DNA of 59,155 nt, filler included. It is 7 parts of 7 records of this genome, joined end to end, with 100 filler letters (N's around TTAATTAATTAA, not from the genome) between each part and the next. Parts side by side here need not be neighbours in the genome. Positions count along the whole stretch, not along the records: positions 22,298 to 35,724 come from SRR31147125_20613; positions 35,825 to 40,840 come from SRR31147125_20636; positions 40,941 to 52,192 come from SRR31147125_20637; 4 more parts are not named here. One strand, given 5' to 3'. Shown piece by piece: positions 30,592 to 41,602 of this stretch (its first letter is position 1; each line of letters begins with the position of its first letter). The notes beneath the pieces were generated by a model. The model was given only the letters and a program-made list of their open reading frames with translations, was not told where the DNA came from and did not search any database. The position numbers were made by a program, and so were the translations under genes.

Positions 30592-33259
30592 TTACTTTAA
30601 TAACAATAGTTTCCTTTTTAAAAGCGTTGATCCTGTTTTTAAAATACAGAAATAAGTTCCACTAGGCATTACGAATCCTTCATCGTTCCTGCCATCCCAT
30701 ATCTGCGAGTGCTTACCAGTCGTTTTTTTGCCTTCAAATAACGTTCTCACTTTTTGGCCAATGGAATTAAACACAGAAATTGTCACATGCGAAGATTTGG
30801 GAATGTAATACTCAATTTTTGTTTCCGGATTGAATGGATTGGGATAGTTGTTACCCAGGCTGGCATTATTTACCAAAACATTCTTTGTTTTAAATACAGT
30901 GGTATTTAACGGCAGATATACAACATTCTTATCCTTATACACAACCGCGCCATCGACATTAACAATCACATTGAATGGTGATTCACAAGGCACTGCTTTT
31001 ATTGAATCCCGTTCGCTAACAAGACCTCGTTCTACAAAATCAATATCATTTCCGGCATCAATTGCAGCGACAGCATAATAGTACCCACCATTCTCCTCAA
31101 CCGTGTCCTGATAGCTATGTTGTAAACCCGAATCATTTCCCATGTTGTAATATACATCTGTGCCGGGAAAAGGTACAGGATGCAAACCGGTCAAGCCGTC
31201 TATCCTGTCAAAAATCGTAACCGGAGTAAACAATAAAACATTGCCAAATGCATCGGAGATATTGATAATATCTACAAAATGTGGATCAGAACTTTTATAC
31301 AACCGGTATCCGTTGAAATCTTCACCTAATAAAGGATCTCTTGATTGCTCCGCATTCGAATCCCAGGATAAATCAACTATGCCTTCTGAATATTCGAACT
31401 CTAAAGTTGGTTGTAAAGGAGGTCTTAAGAACAGGTAATTATTATCATATATTTTTTGCATGATCTCTGTCTGATTGAGCATTGCCTCCACATCCTGTTC
31501 CATCATCAGTGCAATTGAAAATCGTTTCCACTGGTTTCGCTCTAACAGGATTGATCGTGAACCAAAAGTAAATGCAACATTTTCATCTGTATCTATTAAA
31601 TCGATATCCTTATTTTTTAAATACTTTTGCCAGAATGTCTCAGGATTTAGTATGTCATGCCTGGACTCAAATGAATACAGATATTTCAATCCTTCCAGAT
31701 CTGCCTCGTCCATATCTGTGATATCAAAGTTCGGTTCTCCCAAATCCATAGATCCATTACACTCTGAACCATCCGGATCCGGACCAGGCCACGCAACATC
31801 ATTGGGATTCAGTCCATCAGTTCCCGTATCGTCATTTACAGGCTCCATATCCAAAATGTTATTATTGTTATTGTCTTCACCAATGTCAATAATTCCGTTT
31901 AAATTGATATCCTCCGTGTCCCATATGCCATTTGCTTCTGTCCCGTCGTCATCCGGTCCTGCATAATTTGGATCCTCAGGGCTGACACCGTCCAAACCGA
32001 TATCACTAAAGCCACGCCAATCATTATCATTATCAATGCCATCATACATTTTGGTATAATCATTTCCCGGACTCTCCAAAAATGCGATAGCAGAAATACC
32101 TGTATTTATGCCATCAGGAAAAACATGCCACAAATACATGATATCGAAATTCTCTCGTCCACCACCGTTGTTTGAGTTAAACTCTGCAGGTTTATACTCC
32201 AGTGATGATCGAATGGCCGGACCTGTATCAGCATAGATCCCGGCAACGACGTCGTTTAAATCGTAATCACTGTAATTTCTCATTTTGTAGTGCGAAACAA
32301 GAATATCAGCTGCAAGCGGATGAATCCATGCATAGGTTCGGTTTTCAACTTCAATTCCTGCACCGGCAATACCACCGTATTCCCATGTCGTTGTATCAGG
32401 TGTGTCGTCAGAATTTTTCATTGGCCAATATTTTACACTGTTCCAATCGTTAGTGTGATCATTTTCATGGTCGTCCATCATGTAAATAGTTTCAATATCA
32501 GCGATAGGTGCTGCTTTATATTCTCCGTTCCATTTTCCGGCTCGTAATCCTGGCGTTACTGTCTGCGGAGGGCGTCCAAAATAAGGACGATCATCTCCGA
32601 TATAAGAACCACCAGGCCAGAATTCAGGCCATGTGCGCCGGTCTGTGCTTATGGCAATGCTTTTAAGATTATCATCTGGCGGATCGAGATTTAAATCCAG
32701 CATACCATTATTATTCACATCTTCCCCAGGCGACAATAAGCCATCATTGTTTGTATCTTCACTGATCCCCCCTATCCATCCATAAATGCCATCGTTATAA
32801 AAGCCGGGGATGGGTTCCCATATTTGCAAGTGCGTTCTGTCCGACGATAGTGGAGCAAATGCACCAGGGCTGAGCATTGAGATATACCCATGACTTAAAA
32901 TGGGAAATTCCTGTTCTCCATTTGAAAAAGCTGGTGGTATGGATGTATATGGTACAGGCTTGTTTATAAAAGATGAAAGGTCTATTACTTTGGCACACAC
33001 ATAAAAGTTAATGGAACCCATGCCCGTATATCCAGGACTTCCCGGCCAGCCTGGCCATCCGCCTGGTTGTGTAGGACTGATTATACTGCCAAAATTCACA
33101 ATAGAAGCTGCCAGTTGATTTCTTTCTAACAATCTACCCGCCCGGAACCGCTGCCAGTGCATTGGGTGATTGTCATTACTGATGATCATGACATCATCGG
33201 CAGCAAAACAAATCGTGGTAATAAAAAAATATTAAAAATTCGAATATTCTTTTTTTCAT
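30592..33259 (-). CDS. Large secreted protein with Ca-binding DxNxNG-type repeats, an Fn3-like segment and a C-terminal FlgD-Ig/T9SS-type sorting domain; frameshift in the signal peptide (33223-33229)
   Basis: EDTNNDGLLSPGEDVNNNGMLD and EDINLNGIIDIGEDNNNNNILD; DFNGYRLYKS; C-terminus NYPNPFNPET...WDGRNDEG..PSGTYF. Start MKKRIFEFLIFF joins ITTICFAADDVMIISND across a T7 run. Confidence 0.82.
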
Positions 33260-33649
33260 AGCATATCCTTCCCCACATTAAATTTTTACATTTCCCTGAT
33301 TTGTTAGGGGCAATTTATTATTTTTGGTCAAATGTATTAATGAGAGGTAAGAGCTCAATTGATCACAGCGTATCGGAATTTTATCAATTGCGTTTTTTGT
33401 CTATATAGAGTAATTCATCCTATAGAAAAATAAAGATGCTGATAGATTCTTTTCAATTTGTCATGAAGGGCATACGAGTGGCAGGTCAAATGTAGTAAAT
33501 CATAGAACGTTTGTGTCTATAGAAATCGTTTATTCATATCAAGGTATGATTTTTGACCATTAAAGCAAGTGAAATCGATTGATTGATTTTACAGCACTTT
33601 CCCAAAGCGTGCTAAGGACGTCAGATTTTAGAAAATCCCCCTAAAAAGG

Positions 33650-34039
33650 CTATGTATTAATGATCGTTGCCGTGTCAGCAGCCTGAAAGAAATGGGTCAT
33701 TTTACCTTCTTTTACTGTCCAGACATGAGTCGCGTTTGCCTTAAACTCTTTTCCAGTAGCTTTCCAGACTCCCCTATAGTGTCCGACCATGACCACCTTG
33801 TCGTCTACTCCGAAAAGCTCTTTGATATCAATATGAAAGTTATCATAGTAATCAGGGATCTGAGCAAAGACGCCATGCAGCACAGCATCTGGTCCATGAA
33901 ATATACCATCACCAGATATAAACGGGAATCCTTCGCTCTCGTTCCATTCAATATCCTCATGAAACAGGCCGAGAACGGCCTCAACATTCCCCTCGCTAAA
34001 ATACTGGTAACCCTTTTTCAACAATTCAACGTTATTCAT
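33650..34039 (-). CDS. SnoaL-like / NTF2 family protein
   Basis: 129 aa; DIEWNESEGFP...GPDAV...HVWTVKEGK. Confidence 0.85.
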   Translation of the reverse strand: MNNVELLKKGYQYFSEGNVEAVLGLFHEDIEWNESEGFPFISGDGIFHGPDAVLHGVFAQIPDYYDNFHIDIKELFGVDDKVVMVGHYRGVWKATGKEFKANATHVWTVKEGKMTHFFQAADTATIINT

Positions 34040-34686
34040 GATAATATCTCCTTGTAGTTATAAAACTCTGTATAAGGTAATTGAATGTTCTAACTAAAAA
34101 AGTTGCAATAATATTTCAAACCTTGTGTTATTTTTCGGACAAATCAGTCCATAAGTATATTTTTTATCATTTTAATGTTTGACATTTAAATACAAAATTA
34201 TTACTCTGATTATTATTAGAGTTTATATATCTATGTTAAACAAAATCCTGATATACATCCTGTTGTATCCAGGCTCTTTTTGATAGCGTAGCAGATGGAA
34301 AATTTTCAATCCTTTATTAATCCGTATTGGCGAGTTTGTATCACGAACAAACAGAAAAGCGGGAATACAATTGATAATAGATAAAGGCCGAACTGAATTT
34401 GTAAACTATATGGCAGAGAATAGACCTGTTTCAATGAAAAAAGGGATTACAGCCTCATCTGGACAAGTCAGAGGCAATTAAATGAGAATGACTTTTCAGA
34501 AGAAATACGTTTTTTACAACGATTTAAAAGGTAATTGGCTAACTGTGTAATAGGGTAATCAGGACAGGTGCTTTTCCTTAATACCGTATTATACAGTTAC
34601 CCTGGAAATTCTCTTTTTCGTATTCAGAGTGTTCTTGCCAGAGTACGAATTTCACAATTTAACAACGAAACAACAGGAGCCATTTT

Positions 34687-35319
34687 ATGAAGTATATCAT
34701 TTCGCTTTTAATTGTATTTTTAATCGCAGTTAGTTGCGCTGAGAAAAAGGACACTTTATCAAACACAACTTTTAAAGACACATTTGACAAGCAACTTGAC
34801 AAAGGCTGGTCATGGTTACGGGAAGACACGAATACCTGGCGATTAAAAGATAACGCGCTGGAAATTATGGTCGAGCCAGGAAAAGCAAAAAGTGTTAAAA
34901 ATGCGCTGGTACGAAAAGCACCGGACCGCAGCAGCGGAACTTATGCCATCGATGTGACGGTCACGAATCACACGCTGCCAATCCAACAGTACGAGCAGGC
35001 GGGAATTACCTGGTACAACGACGGTAAACCGGTTTTCAAACTGGTAAAAGAACTCATTGACGGCGAGCTTTATATTATTCCCGGCAAAGTCCCCATGCCT
35101 GCTAAAACCGTGCAATTGCGGCTGGTAGTTGCAGACACTTCCTGGACCGCCCAATTCCGTCCAAATGCAGAAGGCGAATTCCAAACCGCTGCCCAGGGCA
35201 CACTCCCATCGCCGGGAAAAGACCAGGTAAGTATTCAGTGCTATAACGGCCCCCCAACCGCCAAACACTGGATAAAGTTTGATGATTTTCAAATTAGCAA
35301 GTTGGATGATGGAGAGTAA
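34687..35319 (+). CDS. Lipoprotein with a concanavalin-A-like beta-sandwich (DUF1349-like)
   Basis: Lipobox AVSC; WSWLRED, QQYEQAG, FDDFQI; CAGGAG RBS. Confidence 0.7.
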   Translation: MKYIISLLIVFLIAVSCAEKKDTLSNTTFKDTFDKQLDKGWSWLREDTNTWRLKDNALEIMVEPGKAKSVKNALVRKAPDRSSGTYAIDVTVTNHTLPIQQYEQAGITWYNDGKPVFKLVKELIDGELYIIPGKVPMPAKTVQLRLVVADTSWTAQFRPNAEGEFQTAAQGTLPSPGKDQVSIQCYNGPPTAKHWIKFDDFQISKLDDGE

Positions 35320-35501
35320 AAAAAACGGTTTCACCGATTCTCAGCAAGCCATGAAGTAGAAAAATTGGGATATTCAATTTTGGAGACAAAGCCTTTTGTG
35401 ACTATTTCAATACCAAAACATACCAAACAAGTGGCAAAATTTTAGGTAAATAAATATCCGTAATACTTTCAAAATCATGATATTACATCTTATTGCAATA
35501 A

Positions 35502-35545
35502 GTGGAGCTAAGGAGAATATGACTGCTGACTTTTTGACTGCCAGT
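35502..35545 (-). repeat. Degenerate duplicate of the tRNA-Ala 3' half (att-like scar)
   Basis: GTGGAGCTAAGGAG...CTGCTGACTTTTTGACTGCCAGT versus tRNA GTGGAGCTAAGGAG...CTCCTGACCTCTTGACTGCCAGT, offset about 150 bp. Confidence 0.8.
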
Positions 35546-35607
35546 TATGAAGCTAGGTTTATGTAAGTTAATGTTGGAGCAAATAGTGAGCATTCATGAA
35601 AGGAAAT

Positions 35608-35642
35608 AAAAAAGGCCATCTAATTTTTTTAGATGACCTTTT
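35608..35642 (-). terminator. Intrinsic terminator downstream of tRNA-Ala
   Basis: Stem AAAAGGCCATCTAA / TTAGATGACCTTTT followed by a U-tract on the minus strand. Confidence 0.75.
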
Positions 35643-35651
35643 GTTTTTTTG

Positions 35652-35724
35652 TGGAGCTAAGGAGGATCGAACTCCTGACCTCTTGACTGCCAGTCAAGCG
35701 CTCTCCCAGCTGAGCTATAGCCCC
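35652..35724 (-). tRNA. tRNA-Ala(GGC)
   Basis: GGGGCTATAGCTCAGCTGGGAGAGCGCTTGACTGGCAGTCAAGAGGTCAGGAGTTCGATCCTCCTTAGCTCCA; G3:U70 pair. Confidence 0.96.
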
Positions 35725-35824
35725 NNNNNNNNNNNNNNNNNNNNNNNNNNNNNNNNNNNNNNNNNNNNTTAATTAATTAANNNNNNNNNNNNNNNNNNNN
35801 NNNNNNNNNNNNNNNNNNNNNNNN
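35725..35824. other. Artificial contig spacer
   Basis: N44-TTAATTAATTAA-N44. Confidence 0.99.
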
Positions 35825-35825
35825 A

Positions 35826-35966
35826 TATCATATCGTGTGCGGAAATACATACGGAGCTGCAAGGAGATTCAAAAATCTTTGGGGAATAAGGAATTCATTT
35901 ATAGTTGCATATAAAAACAATAAAAAAATAGATATACGAGAAGCTATTGAAAAAACATCAAATTAA
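35826..35966 (+). CDS. 3' end of a truncated gene (SPOR-like C-terminus)
   Basis: Open frame ...WGIRNSFIVAYKNNKKIDIREAIEKTSN* ending just before wza. Confidence 0.5.
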   Translation, partial: YHIVCGNTYGAARRFKNLWGIRNSFIVAYKNNKKIDIREAIEKTSN

Positions 35967-35978
35967 AATCGAAGGATC

Positions 35979-36764
35979 ATGAAAAAGGTTAAAAATCAAA
36001 GGTATTTTTACATTGCGCTGATTGCGTTTCTGTTCACATTCAATTCGTGTGTGAATTATAAACGGGTCAATCTATTTCAGGAAAAAACAGTTAAAGATTT
36101 ATCACAAGAATTTACCAGCCAACGTGGCGATGCCTATCGTGTAAAGTCTGGCGACCATTTATATATAAAAATTTACAGTGTTGATCCGAAAACAAGTAAA
36201 TTTTTCCAAACCGATTTCCCTCAATTTATGAGTTCAACTTACTTATATTTGAATTCTTATAAAGTTGATGAAGAGGGATATTTAAGTTTTTCTTTTGTTG
36301 AAAAAATGTATGTTAAGGGTTTAACCGTTAACGAGATTAAAGATGTAATCCAAAATACACTTGACCAATATTTTAAAGAAACTACAGTACTTGTTAAAAT
36401 GGTTAATTTCCAGGTAACCATATTGGGTGAAGTTGGAAGTCCTGGAACGTTTGACATTAACAAAGAAGAAATAAATATGTATGAGGCTATTGGACGTGCG
36501 GGAGGTTTTACAGAATTTAGTAATGTAGAAGCTCTAAAACTTGTTCGCCAAACCCCAAACGGTTCTAAAATATATAAAATTGACCTGACAGATAATGGAT
36601 TCCTTCAATCCGAATTTATGTATTTACGGCCAAATGATATAATTTATGTGGATCCCCGCGGTTCTAAACCATTTATATTTACAAACATGCCATATGGTTT
36701 TGTTTTTGGTCTAGCATCTACCGCACTAAGTGTGCTAGTTTTACTTGATGTGATTAAAAAATAA
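35979..36764 (+). CDS. wza: Polysaccharide export outer-membrane lipoprotein (Wza-like)
   Basis: Lipobox FNSC; Poly_export domain (YRVKSGDHL...VDEEGYL...VKGLTV); SLBB domain (LGEVGSPG); LRPNDIIYV. Confidence 0.9.
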   Translation: MKKVKNQRYFYIALIAFLFTFNSCVNYKRVNLFQEKTVKDLSQEFTSQRGDAYRVKSGDHLYIKIYSVDPKTSKFFQTDFPQFMSSTYLYLNSYKVDEEGYLSFSFVEKMYVKGLTVNEIKDVIQNTLDQYFKETTVLVKMVNFQVTILGEVGSPGTFDINKEEINMYEAIGRAGGFTEFSNVEALKLVRQTPNGSKIYKIDLTDNGFLQSEFMYLRPNDIIYVDPRGSKPFIFTNMPYGFVFGLASTALSVLVLLDVIKK

Positions 36765-36769
36765 CAAAA

Positions 36770-39154
36770 GTGCAAACTCAGGATCCATTCGATTTTAAAT
36801 CTTATTTTTTTAAGGCCATTCGATTTTGGCCTTTATTTTTATTATCAATTTTCATAAGCTTCTCAATTGCTATTTTTAAGAATAAATTTTCAATCCCAAC
36901 ATACAATGTTCGAAGCTCCCTATTAATTCAGGCTAATAAAGCAAATGATCCACAATCGATAATTGGTTTAGGATCATTAGGTAAACTCATTCAATTTGAC
37001 TTGAAAAATGAAATAGGAATACTTAAATCTTATGAGTTAACCAAGCGCACCATCGAAAAATTAGATTTTACGATTAGTTATTTTAAAAAACCTAATTTCA
37101 ACTTTATTGAAGAATATCCATGTGAAACATATAAGATTGAATTTGATAATAATTATCCCCAACCTATTAATGTAAAAATTCAAATAAAACCTGTAGGCTC
37201 AAATAAAATCCATTTATACGCTGATGATGAAAGTTTCCAACTATACGATTTTCAAAAGAATGAGGTTCTAAAATCTATAAACAACGTAAAAATTGATACT
37301 ATAATTGAACCAAATATTTTCATTACAACCGAATATTTTAGTTTTAAAATATTGACTGGAGAAAAATTTTATAACACTAATTCAGAACTATTTTTCGAAT
37401 TTAACTCACAAAAAAGTTTAATTAATAAGTATAGAAATATTCGCATTAACGAATCACCAAGTTCGTCGATTATAACCATATCAAGAGTTGGTGATAACAT
37501 TAATAAATCTGTGGCGTACATCAATCAATTAACAAAAGAATATTTAACGAAAGGTATTGAACGAAAAAATCAGATAGCCACCAACACCATTAATTTTATT
37601 GATGCACAACTAACAGACGTTGGTGATTCTCTTTATTCATCAGAACAAGAGATACAAAATTTTCGATCGACAAGTCGTTACTTCAACATTGACGATCAAT
37701 CCCAACAATTATACTCCAAGTATGAGAATTTGCAGAATCAAAAAGCAGAACTCTATTTTAAAAAACGATACTATTCCTATCTAAAAAGATTTATTAGTGA
37801 CAACCAGAATTCAGAAAATCTAATAATCCCTTCTTCCATGCAAATTGAAGATCCGGTTCTAAATGATATTATAATAGAATTGGCCAGGATGTATCAAGAA
37901 AGAATAGATATTGAATCAAATACATTAAAAGAAAACCCTTATTCTATTGCTAATCAACAAAAAATAGAAAATTTAAAAAGAAGCTTATTAAGCACTTTAA
38001 ATAGTATTGAAAAATCTGATGTTGTTGCCGAACAAGTAATAGACGAACAATTATCTGAGATTGAAAGCAAGCTTCAAGAATTACCAACATCACAACGCAA
38101 ATTATTTGGACTTGAGAGAAAATTTAAATTAAACGATGCCATCTACACATTCCTGCTTCAAAAACGTTCTGAAATGGAAATTGCAAAAGCATCGAACTTA
38201 CCATTACATGAAATACTTGAATTTGCCAGACCGGAAGATGCATATTCCGTCTATCCAAATAAAAAGAAAAATCTCTCAATGGCGGGTCTTATTGGTTTTG
38301 GAATCCCAATTATATTATTATCGCTATACTTCTATTTTTACGATAAAATTGCTGAAAATTCGGATATAGAGAAGGTAACCAAATATCCATTATTAGGGCA
38401 TATCATCCACTCCAGGCACTCAGATAATTATATTGTAACACATCGACCAAAATCTCTTGTCGCTGAATCATTCCGATCAGTAAGAACTAACTTTAAATTT
38501 ATTGCCAAACAAAAGAAGACAAATGTTATTCTTCTTACTTCTACAACTATTGGAGAAGGAAAAAGTTATGTTTCTCTTAATTTAGCTTCATCATTAGCGC
38601 AAAATGGCGAAAAAGTAATCCTATTAAGTTTTGACTTACGCAAACCCAAATTACATGATTATATCGAAGCCCAAGATTTTAAAAGTGGGTTAAGCAATTA
38701 TCTATGCAACGCTGAAAAAATTGAAAACATTATTTACCAATCAACACAAGAAAATCTTGATTTTATTCCTGCAGGTCCAATCCCTCCTAATCCAGGAGAG
38801 TTAATCTCATCGAATTTAACTTCTGAACTTATTGAGAAATTAAAAAAGCAATATACATACATTGTAATAGACACACCACCAATAGGTAGGGTAACCGACT
38901 CAATATTGTTAATGGACTATGCTAATATTATTCTTTATGTAGTTCGCCATAACTACACAAAAACCAGTATGTTAAAACATGTGGTTAACGAATTGGAAAA
39001 ACGCGAAATAAAAAATGTAAATATTATTGTTAATGATATTAAGGTAACTACAAACTCAATGGGTTACGGCGCAGGATATGGATATGGATATGGCTACGGT
39101 TACGGTTATGAGAGCAGTTCAAAAAAATCATTAAGAAAGCTATTTTCCCGATAG
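36770..39154 (+). CDS. wzc: Polysaccharide co-polymerase / BY-kinase (Wzc-like)
   Basis: Two TM segments, ESFRSVRTN, Walker A TSTTIGEGKS, DLRKP, VIDTPP, C-terminal Tyr cluster GYGAGYGYGYGYGYGYE. Confidence 0.93.
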   Translation: MQTQDPFDFKSYFFKAIRFWPLFLLSIFISFSIAIFKNKFSIPTYNVRSSLLIQANKANDPQSIIGLGSLGKLIQFDLKNEIGILKSYELTKRTIEKLDFTISYFKKPNFNFIEEYPCETYKIEFDNNYPQPINVKIQIKPVGSNKIHLYADDESFQLYDFQKNEVLKSINNVKIDTIIEPNIFITTEYFSFKILTGEKFYNTNSELFFEFNSQKSLINKYRNIRINESPSSSIITISRVGDNINKSVAYINQLTKEYLTKGIERKNQIATNTINFIDAQLTDVGDSLYSSEQEIQNFRSTSRYFNIDDQSQQLYSKYENLQNQKAELYFKKRYYSYLKRFISDNQNSENLIIPSSMQIEDPVLNDIIIELARMYQERIDIESNTLKENPYSIANQQKIENLKRSLLSTLNSIEKSDVVAEQVIDEQLSEIESKLQELPTSQRKLFGLERKFKLNDAIYTFLLQKRSEMEIAKASNLPLHEILEFARPEDAYSVYPNKKKNLSMAGLIGFGIPIILLSLYFYFYDKIAENSDIEKVTKYPLLGHIIHSRHSDNYIVTHRPKSLVAESFRSVRTNFKFIAKQKKTNVILLTSTTIGEGKSYVSLNLASSLAQNGEKVILLSFDLRKPKLHDYIEAQDFKSGLSNYLCNAEKIENIIYQSTQENLDFIPAGPIPPNPGELISSNLTSELIEKLKKQYTYIVIDTPPIGRVTDSILLMDYANIILYVVRHNYTKTSMLKHVVNELEKREIKNVNIIVNDIKVTTNSMGYGAGYGYGYGYGYGYESSSKKSLRKLFSR

Positions 39155-39198
39155 TTTTTGTTCCCCATATTTTTTACAATTTTGCGCAAAAATTTTTT

Positions 39199-40065
39199 AT
39201 GTCTCCAAAAGGAACATTTATTGGATTAAACACGATTGATATTCAATTCCTTATTGATTCTCGATTAGAGGAAAATAAAAAATACAAGGCTAATAAAAAT
39301 GAAATTGTTGTAGGTGGACCGGGAACAAATGCTGCTGTTTGTTTTTCCTATTTAGGTGGACATGCACATCTAAATACAGCAATAGGTAACCATCATTTTA
39401 CAAACTTTATATACGATGACCTGATATCTAATAAATTGAAAATTAATGATTTAATTCAAGGTCAACCCTCAGAACCTACAATTGCAAGTATTATAACGAC
39501 TGAGCAGAATGGAAACAGGACTGTTTTTTCCTACCTCCCGAATCAAATAGAAACTGAAAATAAAAACATAATCAAATTAGAATCTGACATAATCCTCACA
39601 GATGGCTTTTATATTGATGCAGCAATCGAAATAATTAATGCAAACAAACATGGAGCCGTCCCAGTTGTTCTAGATGGTGGTAGTTGGAAACCAGGCATGG
39701 AAAAACTGCTGAAACATATCGACATAGCAATATGTTCAGAAAATTTTCACCCACCAGGGATAAAAAAACAAGACGACATATTTAAATATTTACATGATTT
39801 TGGGATTCCAAAAGTGGCCATTACACAAGGTGAAAAACCAATTTTGTATTCAATAAATGCTTTAAAAGGAGAAATTTATATTGAACCAGTTCAAGCAATT
39901 GACACATTAGGCGCTGGGGATTTTTTTCATGGGGCATTTTGCTATTATTTTGCAATAGGCAATGATTTTATTGAGTCGCTGCAAAAAGCTTCTAAAATTG
40001 CCGCTAAATCGTGTACATATTTTGGAACAAGAGAATGGATGAAAATTGAAGCAAATGATGAATAA
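39199..40065 (+). CDS. PfkB family carbohydrate kinase (ketohexokinase-like)
   Basis: GGPGTNAA, DGGSWK, DTLGAGDFFHGAF. Confidence 0.9.
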   Translation: MSPKGTFIGLNTIDIQFLIDSRLEENKKYKANKNEIVVGGPGTNAAVCFSYLGGHAHLNTAIGNHHFTNFIYDDLISNKLKINDLIQGQPSEPTIASIITTEQNGNRTVFSYLPNQIETENKNIIKLESDIILTDGFYIDAAIEIINANKHGAVPVVLDGGSWKPGMEKLLKHIDIAICSENFHPPGIKKQDDIFKYLHDFGIPKVAITQGEKPILYSINALKGEIYIEPVQAIDTLGAGDFFHGAFCYYFAIGNDFIESLQKASKIAAKSCTYFGTREWMKIEANDE

Positions 40066-40840
40066 AACACGCAAAGATTTTGAGATTATGGCTCCTGTAG
40101 GTTCTTTTGAATCTCTTCAGGCAGCTATACAGGCAGGGACAGATAGTGTTTATTTTGGAATTGAAAAGATGAATATGCGGGCACGTTCATCAGTTAATTT
40201 CACAAAAGATGATTTAAAAGAAATTGTAAGAATTTGCAGCGAAAAGAGCATAAAGACATATTTAACAATAAACATCATTGTTTATGATAATGAAATAGAA
40301 CAAGCAAAGGAACTCATTGATTTCGCGAAAGAAGCCGGAATTACTGCCATAATTGTTTCCGATCAATCCTTAATTCAATATGCATTTGAGAAAGGAGTTG
40401 AAATTCATATTTCTACACAACTAAGCATCAGTAATTTCGAAACAATTAAATTTTATTCTCACTTTGCCGATGTTGTGGTTCTGGCCAGAGAACTGGATCT
40501 CAATCAGGTAAAATACATTACCGACAAAATCAAAGAGGAAAATATTTGCGGGCCGAAAGGAGAACTAATTAAAATTGAAATTTTCACACACGGTGCACTT
40601 TGTATGTCGATCTCCGGAAAATGTTATTTGAGCCTGCATGAAATGAATTATTCCGCCAACAGAGGGGCTTGTTTGCAAACGTGCAGAAAAGGTTATACTG
40701 TAACCAATAATGAAACTGGTGAGGAATTAGGTATTGACAATGAATACATTATGTCTCCTAAAGATTTAAAAACTATTCATTTTTTGAATAAAGTCCTGGA
40801 CGCTGGAGTCAGTGTGCTAAAAATTGAAGGTAGGGCAAGG
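40055..40840 (+). CDS. Peptidase U32 family protein (tRNA/rRNA hydroxylation type), 3'-truncated
   Basis: EIMAPVG, HISTQ, VLAREL, HGALCMSISGKC, NRGACLQTCR, SPKDL, LKIEGR. Confidence 0.92.
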
Positions 40841-40940
40841 NNNNNNNNNNNNNNNNNNNNNNNNNNNNNNNNNNNNNNNNNNNNTTAATTAATTAANNNN
40901 NNNNNNNNNNNNNNNNNNNNNNNNNNNNNNNNNNNNNNNN
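40841..40940. other. Artificial contig spacer
   Basis: N44-TTAATTAATTAA-N44. Confidence 0.99.
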
Positions 40941-40942
40941 AA

Positions 40943-41602
40943 AAATCTCCTGATATAGATAGGCAGATTTTACCCGGCAGAGCTTTCAGGCCATCAGGAT
41001 TAAAAATGATTTACGCTATCTTGTGTAATCCCGACTTGTTGAATAAACCTTATAGAGATATTGCTGCAGTGGCTGATATTTCCCTGGGGACAATAGGGTT
41101 GGTTATAAAAGATCTGATAAATTTCGGTTATGTGCTTGATATGGGAAAAAAAGGAAAAAAGCTGCAACAAAAAAAGGCGTTATTTGACAGGTGGTGTACT
41201 GAATATAATGAAAAACTCAAGCCTAATTTATTAGTAGGAAGATTTGATGGTCCTGATAATTGGTGGAAGAAATGCCATTTAAATCCGGATGATGCTCAAT
41301 GGGGTGGAGAAGTCGCTACTTTTATACTGACCAAATATTTAAAGCCTCAAACTGTATCGATGTATGTGGATCGACATAATGTTAAAAATATTATCATTGA
41401 GAACAAACTTTTCAAAAGTGCTCATGGGGAAATAGAGATATTGGCACGATTCTGGAGAAGAGATGAGTCGGGGAAATATGGTGATACCGTTCATCCTATG
41501 TTAATCTATGCTGATTTAATAGGTACAGGCGATCAGCGAAATATTGAAGCGGCAAGGGGGATTTATGACAAATATATTAATGGATATCTCGGGGAAGATT
41601 GA
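40943..41602 (+). CDS. abiEi: Type IV toxin-antitoxin AbiEi-family antitoxin (AbiEi_2 type), 5'-truncated
   Basis: Frame open from the contig start (RAFRPSGLKMIYAIL...); HTH PYRDIAAVADISLGTI; WGGE; VHPMLIYADLIGTGDQRNIEAA. Confidence 0.85.
   Translation, partial: KSPDIDRQILPGRAFRPSGLKMIYAILCNPDLLNKPYRDIAAVADISLGTIGLVIKDLINFGYVLDMGKKGKKLQQKKALFDRWCTEYNEKLKPNLLVGRFDGPDNWWKKCHLNPDDAQWGGEVATFILTKYLKPQTVSMYVDRHNVKNIIIENKLFKSAHGEIEILARFWRRDESGKYGDTVHPMLIYADLIGTGDQRNIEAARGIYDKYINGYLGED

Noticed and set aside
34230..34480. Possible gene remnant between the SnoaL gene and the lipoprotein
   Set aside because: Short open stretches exist, but I cannot assign a start or any family.
39060..39110. GGATAT/GGTTAC hexamer repeats as a contingency locus
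   Set aside because: They encode the normal Gly-Tyr autophosphorylation cluster of Wzc, with mixed synonymous codons.
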